From contig OZ243938.1 in assembly GCA_965214095.1 (NCBI GenBank), forward strand, positions 1,984,001 through 2,048,000: DNA of 64,000 bases, in the 5' to 3' direction. Numbering within the stretch: the first letter of the stretch is position 1; each line of letters opens with the position of its first letter. The notes beneath the pieces were generated by a model. It was not told the DNA's origin. It was given only the letters and a program-made list of their open reading frames with translations, and made no database searches. The translations under genes and the position numbers were made by a program. This document shows, one piece after another, positions 1-9,418 of the stretch. Source of the stretch: Candidatus Poribacteria bacterium. GTDB lineage: Bacteria; Poribacteria; WGA-4E; WGA-3G.

Positions 1-695
1 AACGCGCATTGGCTGCTGAGCTTGAAGTAACGGCTATATCCGTTCATGCGTATGCCTATGTTTCAAACAATTATGCCCTTATGCCTTGTGGAGCGAGTAT
101 CGGAGATAACTATGGTCCTCTTGTCGTTTCAAAATCACCGATAGATAGTCTTCAAGGTAAACGAGTTGCAATTCCAGGGGAAATGACCACTGCATATTTG
201 ACAATGAAACTTTATCAACCTGATGTTCAAACCAGAACATACCAATTTGATAAGATTATTGAAGCGGTGCAGGATGAAGAGGTTGACGCTGGTCTCATCA
301 TCCATGAAGGTCAACTTACTTATGCCCGCGAAGGTCTCCACAAAATAGTTGACTTAGGTGAATGGTGGTATGAGGAAACTGGTTTACCACTACCTCTCGG
401 GGCAAACGTAATACGTCGTAATCTCGGTTCAGAAAAAATCCGTGCTATCACCTCTCTCCTGAAGCAAAGCATTCAATATTCACTTGACCATCGTGAACGT
501 GGACTTGAATATGCGATGACTTATGCAAGGGATATGGAAACGGAACTCGCTGATAAGTTCGTTGGCATGTATGTAAATGATTACACTTTGGACTATGGAG
601 AAAGTGGCAGAAAAGCCGTGCAAGAATTGCTCAACCGTGGACACGATGCTGGTGTGATTGCACACAAAGTGGATCCTGACTTTGTAATTCTGTAA
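1..695 (+). CDS. mqnD: 1,4-dihydroxy-6-naphthoate synthase (futalosine menaquinone pathway), 5'-truncated by window edge
   Basis: Motifs YGPLVV, AIPGEMTTA, GLIIHEGQLTY, DLGEWWYEETGLPLPLG, MYVNDYT; frame is open to the window start. Confidence 0.9.
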   Translation, partial: RALAAELEVTAISVHAYAYVSNNYALMPCGASIGDNYGPLVVSKSPIDSLQGKRVAIPGEMTTAYLTMKLYQPDVQTRTYQFDKIIEAVQDEEVDAGLIIHEGQLTYAREGLHKIVDLGEWWYEETGLPLPLGANVIRRNLGSEKIRAITSLLKQSIQYSLDHRERGLEYAMTYARDMETELADKFVGMYVNDYTLDYGESGRKAVQELLNRGHDAGVIAHKVDPDFVIL

Positions 696-751
696 GGTAT
701 GCGTTGTAGTCCTGACAGATATTTACCAACCCATCATACAAAGGTGCAGTT

Positions 752-955
752 ATGGACGAAAAACGCCGTAGAAGTTTTCAGTTAGAAGATGACAAAGGTA
801 ATAAACTCGCCACTGGGGTAATCTATGATGAGGGGAATGTCCAAGTGCTGTGGCGAGTTGATTGTGGGTATACGGCTGAACAATATGCATCTCTCAACCC
901 GATTTTAGATTTGATGCCTGGTGTGTTTGTGTTGCGGCTCATTGATTCGGAATAA
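752..955 (+). CDS. small hypothetical protein (67 aa)
   Basis: ORF with AAGG RBS-like site, converging on the next gene; no recognisable motif. Confidence 0.55.
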   Translation: MDEKRRRSFQLEDDKGNKLATGVIYDEGNVQVLWRVDCGYTAEQYASLNPILDLMPGVFVLRLIDSE

Positions 956-956
956 A

Positions 957-1829
957 CTAACGCAACCGACTATCTGCTAATTTAATAATCTGTCCGTTTT
1001 CCTGAGAGATATACATATAACCGAGTCCATCTAACGTGACACCTTCTTGGTCTTTTCCCGGTAATAGATATTTATGCAGCATGCTACCATCGCGTTTTAG
1101 TTCAACCAATAGATTTGTCGTATCACTAATTAGCACAAGCGAATCTGCTTGTACATCGTACGTAAGACCGGAAATATCAACAAAATCCATTTCAAAGAAA
1201 CGGATGATAGTGCAGTCGGACACTTTATCATCTGATGCGTTAAGAGGTACTTCTACTTCACAGACGACTGAACGTTCACCACTCGGTTTAAGATTAAAGG
1301 TTTGATTACCGATCCAAAAAGTGCCTCCATTTGGATGAGATTTATCTGGGACAAAAGCGATCGCCTCCACACCCATTCCACCTTCCTTCAGGAGCGGCTT
1401 TCCATCAAAAATACGGTTGATTTTAAATTCTCTCCGTATAGCAAGTGTTTCAGGATTTATCTCCAATATCACTTCCTCATCTTCAACCACAACATACAGT
1501 CGTCCGGTTGTCGGGTGCGTTGTAATCCCTTCAAAGTCACGTTCTTTATAATCTTTCATTTTGATAGCCGTTCCATCGGGATGGATTTCATGAATAAATC
1601 CACCATCGTCTGCAACAAACAGTGTTTTTCGCAGCGGATGATAGGTAATTCCAGAAGGTTCAGTGATCGGTGTTTTGTTAATATTGCCTATCCAGGTATA
1701 CGGTAGTTCAACTGCAACAACAGATGCTCTTTGCCTTCTATCGGTATCCTCCATCCTCATCAGAAAGTAAAAAATCAACGCACTGATACCCAAAAAACAT
1801 AGTAGTACAATTATTCTGTAATAGCGCAT
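957..1829 (-). CDS. SdiA-regulated (YjiK-like) beta-propeller protein with N-terminal membrane anchor
   Basis: Repeated EPSGITY / DFEGIT / DISGLTY / DQEGVT blade motifs; hydrophobic N-terminus. Confidence 0.75.
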   Translation of the reverse strand: MRYYRIIVLLCFLGISALIFYFLMRMEDTDRRQRASVVAVELPYTWIGNINKTPITEPSGITYHPLRKTLFVADDGGFIHEIHPDGTAIKMKDYKERDFEGITTHPTTGRLYVVVEDEEVILEINPETLAIRREFKINRIFDGKPLLKEGGMGVEAIAFVPDKSHPNGGTFWIGNQTFNLKPSGERSVVCEVEVPLNASDDKVSDCTIIRFFEMDFVDISGLTYDVQADSLVLISDTTNLLVELKRDGSMLHKYLLPGKDQEGVTLDGLGYMYISQENGQIIKLADSRLR

Positions 1830-1948
1830 CGGTGCCACCTTTTGCCAAGTTATTGGAAATATTTGAACAGGAGACTATTGGATTCCGATGTTGATTGAAT
1901 ATGCGAAACCTTACGCATAATAGTGAGATACATAAACTCCTAATTGTA

Positions 1949-2036
1949 AAACTATCATATTCTTGTGTAAGTGTCAAGTGCAAAAGACAGTTGTATTCTC
2001 TTTTTCCTTGACAATACCTTAAATCAATGATATAAT
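1949..2036. promoter_or_regulatory. divergent sigma70 promoter pair
   Basis: + strand TTGACA(2008)-17-TATAAT(2031); - strand TTGACA(1977)-17-TAGTTT(1954). Confidence 0.75.
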
Positions 2037-2093
2037 AATTTACCAATGACCCGATACATATAGATATTATGACTTTCAGCGAAGGGCAACACC

Positions 2094-3512
2094 ATGTCGA
2101 GCAGACCAAGGTTAGTTGTTGAAGTCTTTGAACACGTCAACTATCACGGACGCAAGATAACACTTATTGATTCTGTACCAAATACCATTGAAATTGGTGC
2201 CCAAGATGTAATATCTTCTGTTAAGATATATAAGGGCCCGAGTTTCAATGCGTCTCCTAACTACAAAGCGATATTTCATGAACATGCAAGTTTTGCAGGT
2301 AGACGTTTAGTTTTAGCACCAGGCTTCTATCCGAACGTTCATGAAATTCCGTATAATTTTGGTGACGTAATTTCGTCAATAAGTTTTAGTCCTGCTGCAC
2401 ATCCGACTCCACCAGAATATGGTGCGGTTCCTATCATCATGGAAGTGTTTCGCGACATAGATTTCAGCGGTAACAAAAGTGTTGTGCTACGTGATGTCAG
2501 TTCGATGTTTGAGATTGGCATGAACGACGTTATATCCTCTATTCGTATTCAACGCGGACCGAATTTTCCGTTCAATGGATGCCGTATCATCTTATATGAA
2601 CATGTGAATTTTGAAGGTCGTAGGTTTGATATTGTCCTTGATTCACGGCAATTCCAACATAACATCAGGAATCTTCGTTCATTACCGAACTCACAATCTT
2701 TTTCTGATATTATATCTTCCATCAAGATAGTACCATTAGGTGTTTTTCGTGTTTTAATTGTTGTTAGTGATAATCTAACAGGGGAACCCGCCGTTTTGGA
2801 GTCTCTTACCACACTTGAAGGGTTAAGATTTCAATTTACAACAGTCAAGATAAACGACAATCCCGACAACCGAGGCGATCCAAAAAATGCTATAAAACTA
2901 TCTCACATTGTGCTGTCAAATTACGATATCATCTGGTTTACATGGAATGGACCGGGACACGATGGAGAGTATTATGTTGAAGATGCTGATGAAGACATCA
3001 GAGACTTCGTCCGTCAAGGCGGTATTGTGTGGGCATCTGCGATGGATAACAACATTGTACCAGCAGATGGTGTGCATCATCCTGAACCGGTCTGGAGAGG
3101 GGATTGGCTACCAGTGGACCGCCACCCAATTACTGTAACCAACTCCAACGATTCAAACGTAAATATTACAGAGGACGGTAATAGAACCGGTATGTTTACA
3201 TGGCCACATAAAGTTGATGTTGACAATTTAGTGACTGATGACCATTGGGTTACAAATGACCCAAGTTATAAGAAATTAGCTGTCAGAGAGGACAATGCGG
3301 ATGCTGTCAGTATTGTGTTGCCTTGGGGTGAAGGGTATTACGTTGGGTTTGCCATAGATACTCGGGATGCACATCGCACAGCAGTCGCCAAACCTCTCAT
3401 TGAAAATAGTCTCTGTTATTTAGCAAACCTTGCGTGGCAGACCTCTCCACGCCAACCTTTGAAGGGACGTCAGAGGACAAACGAAAATATTGAAATTATG
3501 TTTCAATCATAA
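2094..3512 (+). CDS. beta/gamma-crystallin repeat protein with C-terminal class I glutamine-amidotransferase-like domain
   Basis: Four Greek-key motifs (FEHVNYHG, HEHASFAG, FRDIDFSG, YEHVNFEG), each followed by D(V/I)ISS; C-terminal LSNYDIIWF...IRDFVRQGG. Confidence 0.75.
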   Translation: MSSRPRLVVEVFEHVNYHGRKITLIDSVPNTIEIGAQDVISSVKIYKGPSFNASPNYKAIFHEHASFAGRRLVLAPGFYPNVHEIPYNFGDVISSISFSPAAHPTPPEYGAVPIIMEVFRDIDFSGNKSVVLRDVSSMFEIGMNDVISSIRIQRGPNFPFNGCRIILYEHVNFEGRRFDIVLDSRQFQHNIRNLRSLPNSQSFSDIISSIKIVPLGVFRVLIVVSDNLTGEPAVLESLTTLEGLRFQFTTVKINDNPDNRGDPKNAIKLSHIVLSNYDIIWFTWNGPGHDGEYYVEDADEDIRDFVRQGGIVWASAMDNNIVPADGVHHPEPVWRGDWLPVDRHPITVTNSNDSNVNITEDGNRTGMFTWPHKVDVDNLVTDDHWVTNDPSYKKLAVREDNADAVSIVLPWGEGYYVGFAIDTRDAHRTAVAKPLIENSLCYLANLAWQTSPRQPLKGRQRTNENIEIMFQS

Positions 3513-3549
3513 CTGTAGTTGAAAGTGTGTTTTACCATAGGAGAGATTC

Positions 3550-5619
3550 ATGCGTCTCATTATTGCTGTAATTGTTTTTATTATTGTTGCAACTGTCATC
3601 GGTTATTACGCGTATACGATACTGAATTTAGGTGCTGCCAATGACCAAACAGCTGCATTGCGATGGATGGGTTTTATTGCAATCGTTATTATCTGCGGTT
3701 TAGCAGCTGTTATAGGTTCTGTTATACGGTATCGGAAACCAAAATCTGATATTGCGTTAGTCAGAACTGGGGGTGCCAAGGAAAAGATCGTAGTAACAAG
3801 CGGTCTCTGGGTCAACACCATTATCCATGAAGTCAAAGAAATGTCACTGAACACCATGCGACTTGAAGTACTTCGCGAGCAATCCGATTCCTTAATTACA
3901 GTTGATTTCAACCGCGCAGATGTTGAGGTCGTATTTTATATTAAAGTCACACCTGATGAGGATGTGAATAATATTGATATATTAAAAGCTGCACAAGCAC
4001 TCGGTGATAAATCATTGACTCCAGAAACAGTCCGAGAGTTGATTGAACCCATGTTAGACGGTGCTTTAAGGAGTGTTGCTGCAGAAAGTGAAATTCAAGA
4101 CTTACTACAAAAGAGACAGGAGTTCGCTGAGAAAGTAAAAGACGCTTGTGGGGGCGATCTAAAACTTCATAACGGTTTGACACTTGATACCGTGTCCATC
4201 GTGCGTGTTGATCAAACACCGATAAGCACATTGGATCCCACCAACAGGTTTGATGCTGTTGGTATACGTGCAATCACAGAAATTACAGCAGATGCGGAAC
4301 GAGAAAAAGAACGTATTGAACAAGAAAAAGAGGTCGCAGTCGTAAAAATACATGTTGAAGCGGATCTCCAAAAATTTGAACAAGAGCAAGACAGAGCATG
4401 GGGTGAATCTGATCAACAGAAAAACATTGCAATCTATGCTGCTGACCGTGAAGCTGAGACGATAAAGTTCCAATATGAGATGGATCAGAGCATTCAAGAG
4501 CGCGAATATGAGATGAAACTTGAGGTAGAACGCGCTCGTATCGCTCAGGAAGAGGGTATACAATTAAGAGAAATTGAACAAGAATTAGCTGTGCAGACTG
4601 ATAAAATCGCTCAAGAACAACAGGTTGAACAACGGGAAATTGAGAAAAACGTTATCGTTGAAACAGCACAGATTGAACAAACCAAAGTCGTTCAACTTGC
4701 AGAGATACAACAACATCTCACTGTCCAATTGGATAAAATCAGTCAGGAACAAGATATTGCAGTTCGTGAAGTTGAAAAAGAGCTCTTCGTTGAAAAAGCC
4801 AAGATTGCGCAAGAAGAGGGTGTACAGTTACGAGATGTTGAACGAGAATTGACTGTCCAAGTCGCCAAGTTAGCACAAGAACAACAGGTACAACAACGAG
4901 AAATTGAGAAGAACCTTGTCGTTGAAACCGCACAGATTGATCAGAACAAGTATGTTGAACTCACCGAAATTGCCAAGATGTTGACGGTTGAACAATCTCG
5001 GATCAACCAAGAACTCCGTGTTGCTATCACCGATGAAGATAGGAAAATAGATGTTGCCAACAAACAACAGCTTACCGCTCTTGCTGAGAAAGAAAAACTT
5101 GTTGCTGAAGCAGAACGCATGGGAGCTGAGGTTGAAGTTACGGCAACTGAAAAGACGAAAGAAGCAGAATGGCAGCGTGATGTAGCAATCATCGGTGCAG
5201 AAGCACAAGCGCAACCGATTGAACGTCTCGCCGATGCGGTGCTTTCCGAAGCCCGGGCGAAAGCACAAGGTGAAATGGCTGAATACGAAGCACGGAATGT
5301 CGCTGAACAACGTGTTCTCGTTCAAGAAGCTATCCTTGAACTGATTGATGAAGCCCCAGATATTGTTGAACAGATGATGCGTCCTGTTGAGAAAATTGAT
5401 AATATCAAGATTCTTGATATGGGTGGCAATGATGGACAAGGTGGTGTTAACCGAAGCAGCATGGGACGGCTCGCAAATGCTCTGCTTGACACAGGTGTAA
5501 TTTCTCCAATGTTAAAGGAACTCTTTAACTTTGCTGATGTAGATGCAGAACAGATAACTGACAAAATTGCTGAATACCTTGCGGATCTTGTGAACCGCCC
5601 AAACAATCCAAATGCATAA
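3550..5619 (+). CDS. flotillin/SPFH (YqiK-like) membrane protein with long coiled coil
   Basis: Two N-terminal TM helices, ALVRTG..GALRSVAA SPFH domain, E/Q-rich coiled coil, PVEKIDNIKILDM C-terminal motif. Confidence 0.85.
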   Translation: MRLIIAVIVFIIVATVIGYYAYTILNLGAANDQTAALRWMGFIAIVIICGLAAVIGSVIRYRKPKSDIALVRTGGAKEKIVVTSGLWVNTIIHEVKEMSLNTMRLEVLREQSDSLITVDFNRADVEVVFYIKVTPDEDVNNIDILKAAQALGDKSLTPETVRELIEPMLDGALRSVAAESEIQDLLQKRQEFAEKVKDACGGDLKLHNGLTLDTVSIVRVDQTPISTLDPTNRFDAVGIRAITEITADAEREKERIEQEKEVAVVKIHVEADLQKFEQEQDRAWGESDQQKNIAIYAADREAETIKFQYEMDQSIQEREYEMKLEVERARIAQEEGIQLREIEQELAVQTDKIAQEQQVEQREIEKNVIVETAQIEQTKVVQLAEIQQHLTVQLDKISQEQDIAVREVEKELFVEKAKIAQEEGVQLRDVERELTVQVAKLAQEQQVQQREIEKNLVVETAQIDQNKYVELTEIAKMLTVEQSRINQELRVAITDEDRKIDVANKQQLTALAEKEKLVAEAERMGAEVEVTATEKTKEAEWQRDVAIIGAEAQAQPIERLADAVLSEARAKAQGEMAEYEARNVAEQRVLVQEAILELIDEAPDIVEQMMRPVEKIDNIKILDMGGNDGQGGVNRSSMGRLANALLDTGVISPMLKELFNFADVDAEQITDKIAEYLADLVNRPNNPNA

Positions 5620-5726
5620 TCTAGGGATAATACGGTTTTAGGTTCGTTCATATACAACAGATATTCTCTTACCTACACATTCAATGTGTCTTCTTAACGG
5701 ACAAATGCAAAGAAAATCAATAAGTC

Positions 5727-7064
5727 ATGCGACATCAGAGACATCCTACAAGACAAAGACGTATCAAAACACAAAGGTGCCGTACATGCAGTTCTAATAA
5801 TGGAAAGCGCGCATGTCCGGCACTTGGCAACCTGATTATTTGCCCTGAGTGTTGTAGCGCAAAACGTGCTAAGATCCCAGGTTGCGATAATCGTTGCAGA
5901 TACTACAGTCCACTCATCGTCAGTAGCAGAAGAGGGGCACGTCCCGAATATCCGTTACATATATGTCTTGTGAGTCATTCTAAAGACACAGGCATGCTCA
6001 TTGTTGTTGGTACACGGAAACGACCCGATGGCAATATAAAGGCAATGTTTCTTCTGCTTGACCTTTGGAAGAAAGGTATCAGAGACTGTTTCTACGATGC
6101 CAATCTGACAGAAAAACAATTTCAACGGGCATGCCAACGTTTCGGAAATAGTTTTGCTGAACCAGACCATGCTATCCCTGAAGATGAAGATGCGAAAAAA
6201 AAGGAAGAAGAACGCGAACGAGAACGAGATGAGAAAGAAAAGAAACCAGAATTTATTCGTCTTCCAAGAAACACTCTTATTGTTGAAGCAGAAACTGCTT
6301 TACATTTTGATAATGGTGTCAACATCGTTGAAGACGAAGAAGCTTCCAACAAAAGAGCAATTGACAGTGCAAGAAATGCCCGCGCTATTTATGACGTTTA
6401 TATTCCAAAAACAGGGAAATGGTATGTGTGGATACGCACCTTCTATAAATCTGGTAGTCAGGATTCATATTGGGTCGGCATTGATGATGCTGAACCGAAT
6501 CCGTGGGATGAAAAAGGTGGACCAAATGCAATCAAAATTTGGTCTGTACCTGGCGATGACTCAAAATGGAATCGTTGGATATGGGATACATCTACAGACC
6601 CAGACGGAAAGTCTGCTCCCGGTTATTTTCGAATTAAACGTAAAGGCTACTATCGGCTCTGGTCTAAGGGTAGAGAACCAGGGACACGGTTAGATCAAAT
6701 TTTATTGACCCGTTCGCGTCGGTTTAATCCACAAAATGCCACTGAAGGCAACACTGTACCTGTCTTTACTATACCCCACCCATATAAACCTGCAACCTTT
6801 GATGAATGCAGAAAATTAATCCATCATGCAGTGGAAATCTCGAAAGCGATTGAAACAGAGTTTCCGTGGGAATTCAAATACTGGCTTGATGACATCTGGG
6901 GAGACATCAGACAATTCCCTAAACATGAAGGTTCGCTCTACAAGTGCCATAAATGTGAGGAGAACCTACCGGACCAGGCCGTGGATCTTATCAAACAACA
7001 CGCACATTCCGATGACATCCAATTTTACATCTTGTGCAGGAAATGTGGTGGTGAGTTTGATTAA
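5727..7064 (+). CDS. Cys-rich (Zn-finger) hypothetical protein with inserted carbohydrate-binding-like beta-sandwich
   Basis: N-terminal CRTC/CP/CPECC/CxxxC, C-terminal CHKC/CRKC; central VEAE...GKWYVWIR...DSYWVGID...REPGTRLDQILLT. Confidence 0.6.
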   Translation: MRHQRHPTRQRRIKTQRCRTCSSNNGKRACPALGNLIICPECCSAKRAKIPGCDNRCRYYSPLIVSSRRGARPEYPLHICLVSHSKDTGMLIVVGTRKRPDGNIKAMFLLLDLWKKGIRDCFYDANLTEKQFQRACQRFGNSFAEPDHAIPEDEDAKKKEEERERERDEKEKKPEFIRLPRNTLIVEAETALHFDNGVNIVEDEEASNKRAIDSARNARAIYDVYIPKTGKWYVWIRTFYKSGSQDSYWVGIDDAEPNPWDEKGGPNAIKIWSVPGDDSKWNRWIWDTSTDPDGKSAPGYFRIKRKGYYRLWSKGREPGTRLDQILLTRSRRFNPQNATEGNTVPVFTIPHPYKPATFDECRKLIHHAVEISKAIETEFPWEFKYWLDDIWGDIRQFPKHEGSLYKCHKCEENLPDQAVDLIKQHAHSDDIQFYILCRKCGGEFD

Positions 7065-9225
7065 TAGACATTCTGTTTCAGTCCTTTTCTGTTTGGGCTG
7101 TCTCCTTGCACTTACACCCCTATCATTTGCAGCCCCACCCAGTCCATATTTGTTTTTTGACATTGATCCTGTCACAGGAGAAATGAAGCCAAAACCTGGT
7201 ACTGAACAGCGTTCTGGTTCAGGTCTTTCAAAATATCAACAAGCATTGGATGGATGTTGCTTTGCCAAACCACAGAGCATTGTGCAACCTGATGGTATTG
7301 AATATGTCCTCGCCATAAAAATTGACTTCAGTGACCAACCAGGACAACGTACAAGTACAGAGTTTAACGAATACCTATTTGCTGAAGAAGGAGTCTCCCT
7401 AAAAACATACTTCCGTGAAAACTCTTACGGACAGATGGATGTGCAACCGGGTCCGGCAGGAGGTGTGCTACCTGCTGCTAACACTTGGGTACGTGCCAAG
7501 AATCCGATGACATATTACGGTGAAGGTCTAAGAATCGTTCCGCGGTATCGGGAACTCATTGCAGAAGCGTGCCATGGGGTTGATGCGACTGTTGATTTTT
7601 CAAAGTATGACCGTGATAAAGACGGAATCGTTGATCATCTATTTTTAATACATGCCGGCAACGATGAAGCGACCTCAGGTGAGGAAAATGATATTTGGTC
7701 AATTCTAACACCAAGTGTCAATGTTGTTGTTGACGGTGTTAGAGTTGATACAGCGGTTGTTGTCGGAGAGGAACCTGGTTTTGATAAACCCCACTTAGGT
7801 ATCTACTTCCATGAATTCTTTCACGACTTCGGTGCCCCTGATGTTTATGGATTGAACATTACAGATGCTCGTGATCATAAGTGGGGATTGATGGGACAAT
7901 TCGGACCTTTTCAAGGTGAAGTGGTAGGCAATGTTGGCAACGGACTGGCACCAAGTCATATCATGGGTTACCTGAAATGGGATTTTGATGCACGTCCAGA
8001 AAATGGCAGACTTGGATGGATTGAACCGGTTAATATCACACGTTCTGGACAGGTATCCGTTCCGAGTTTTGAACTATCGCCCAAAACAAACAAACTCTTC
8101 AAAATCGATATTCCACTTACTCGGGAATCACGGACAACCTTTGGTGATGATTTCCAACTACCAAATACGGTTCTTAACAGAGAGTTTTTCCTGATTGAAA
8201 ACCGAAATAAGACCTCTGGTGCGACTTTTGATACCTATCTACCCGAATCAGGTATCCTTATTTGGCACATTGATGAGACGCGGGTACGCACGGTCGGAAG
8301 TTATGATGCTGCTCAACAGATTTGGTTGGAAGACCCTAATGACCCTGAACATTTCGGAATTAGTCCTGATGACCCAGGATTTATTGACATTAATACGATT
8401 ACTGATGGTGCAGCCTATTCCGCTGATGACGACCAAACAGCATTTACCCCCGGCACTCTACCTAACAGCAGTGATAACAATGGTAAATCTTCTGGTATAT
8501 CTATCACAAATATCGGTCCAGAAGGGTTAATCATGACCATGTTAGTATCTTTTGGCGATACCTATGAACCGAACAACACTATAGACACGGCATTTCCAAT
8601 CTACTACAGTGAGGATTACTATTCGTTCCTATACGATGCTTCGGATACACAGGATTATTATCAAGTACAAGCTGCGGGTGGAAAAACAATTCGAATAACA
8701 CTGACAGATACTCCCGAAGATAAGAACTATCGTTTATCGCTCTTAACTGCCTCTGGTGAAGTATTAGCAATTGGCGAAAAAGCTCCTGAAGAGCTCGGAT
8801 ATCAAATTCTTTACCAACCTGCGACACAACAAACGTTGTTTCTCTTAGTATCATCAGATGGTGGATATAGCAGTGTTGCATCATATAAGTTATCTGTTGA
8901 ACAGCTTGAACCTGAAGCATTTGCTGTTGTAGAAACCCGTGTATTTCCCAACCCCTTCCGACCTACAACATCAAAAATGACGTTTGATTATCAACTTTCT
9001 GTATCACAGTCCGCAGAAACTGTATCCCTCGATCTTTTTACTGTTAATGGAAAGAAGGTCTATAAAGAAGAACACCAAGAGGTGGTTGGTGTGGGACAGT
9101 TTATTTGGAATGGTACAAACCAAAATGGTAACCTGCTCGCACCCGGTATCTATATCTACCAGATTACTGCGACACAGGATGATTTGGTTTCCAGAGACAT
9201 CGGGAAGATCATTATTCTCAGATAG
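7051..9225 (+). CDS. secreted M6 (immune inhibitor A) metalloprotease with PPC-like domain and C-terminal FlgD/T9SS-type sorting-like domain
   Basis: Signal peptide after GTG 7051; YFRENSYG, DFSKYD.D.DG.VD, HEFFHDFGAPDVY, FLIENR, GILIWHID, DTYEPNN, VFPNPF...GIYIY. Confidence 0.88.
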   Translation: MSLINRHSVSVLFCLGCLLALTPLSFAAPPSPYLFFDIDPVTGEMKPKPGTEQRSGSGLSKYQQALDGCCFAKPQSIVQPDGIEYVLAIKIDFSDQPGQRTSTEFNEYLFAEEGVSLKTYFRENSYGQMDVQPGPAGGVLPAANTWVRAKNPMTYYGEGLRIVPRYRELIAEACHGVDATVDFSKYDRDKDGIVDHLFLIHAGNDEATSGEENDIWSILTPSVNVVVDGVRVDTAVVVGEEPGFDKPHLGIYFHEFFHDFGAPDVYGLNITDARDHKWGLMGQFGPFQGEVVGNVGNGLAPSHIMGYLKWDFDARPENGRLGWIEPVNITRSGQVSVPSFELSPKTNKLFKIDIPLTRESRTTFGDDFQLPNTVLNREFFLIENRNKTSGATFDTYLPESGILIWHIDETRVRTVGSYDAAQQIWLEDPNDPEHFGISPDDPGFIDINTITDGAAYSADDDQTAFTPGTLPNSSDNNGKSSGISITNIGPEGLIMTMLVSFGDTYEPNNTIDTAFPIYYSEDYYSFLYDASDTQDYYQVQAAGGKTIRITLTDTPEDKNYRLSLLTASGEVLAIGEKAPEELGYQILYQPATQQTLFLLVSSDGGYSSVASYKLSVEQLEPEAFAVVETRVFPNPFRPTTSKMTFDYQLSVSQSAETVSLDLFTVNGKKVYKEEHQEVVGVGQFIWNGTNQNGNLLAPGIYIYQITATQDDLVSRDIGKIIILR

Positions 9226-9246
9226 GCTAAGTTGATTTTTAGGTGT

Positions 9247-9364
9247 TATACCATTTCTATAAATGTTTATCCCATTAACAATTTGTTAAGAATGTCTTGT
9301 AGGATGGCACAAACTGGCAGTTTGTGCTACAAAAATGCGGCGTTCTCTATTAGAAATGGTATTA
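9247..9364. repeat. MITE-like repeat family A, copy 1
   Basis: TIR TACCATTTCTA/TAGAAATGGTA; internal hairpin GCACAAACTG-G-CAGTTTGTGC followed by TAC; related copies at 27531 and 40564. Confidence 0.8.
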
Positions 9365-9418
9365 TCATCAAACGAGACTTATTCACACAGTAGTAGGTTA
9401 TACCTAAACGATGGATAT

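Noticed and set aside
6826-7050. Long N-terminal extensions in the ORF track (M6 protease; likewise hpt, DUF433, DUF5615, LRR 50078)
   Set aside because: They overlap upstream genes or repeats; better starts with signal peptide or RBS lie downstream
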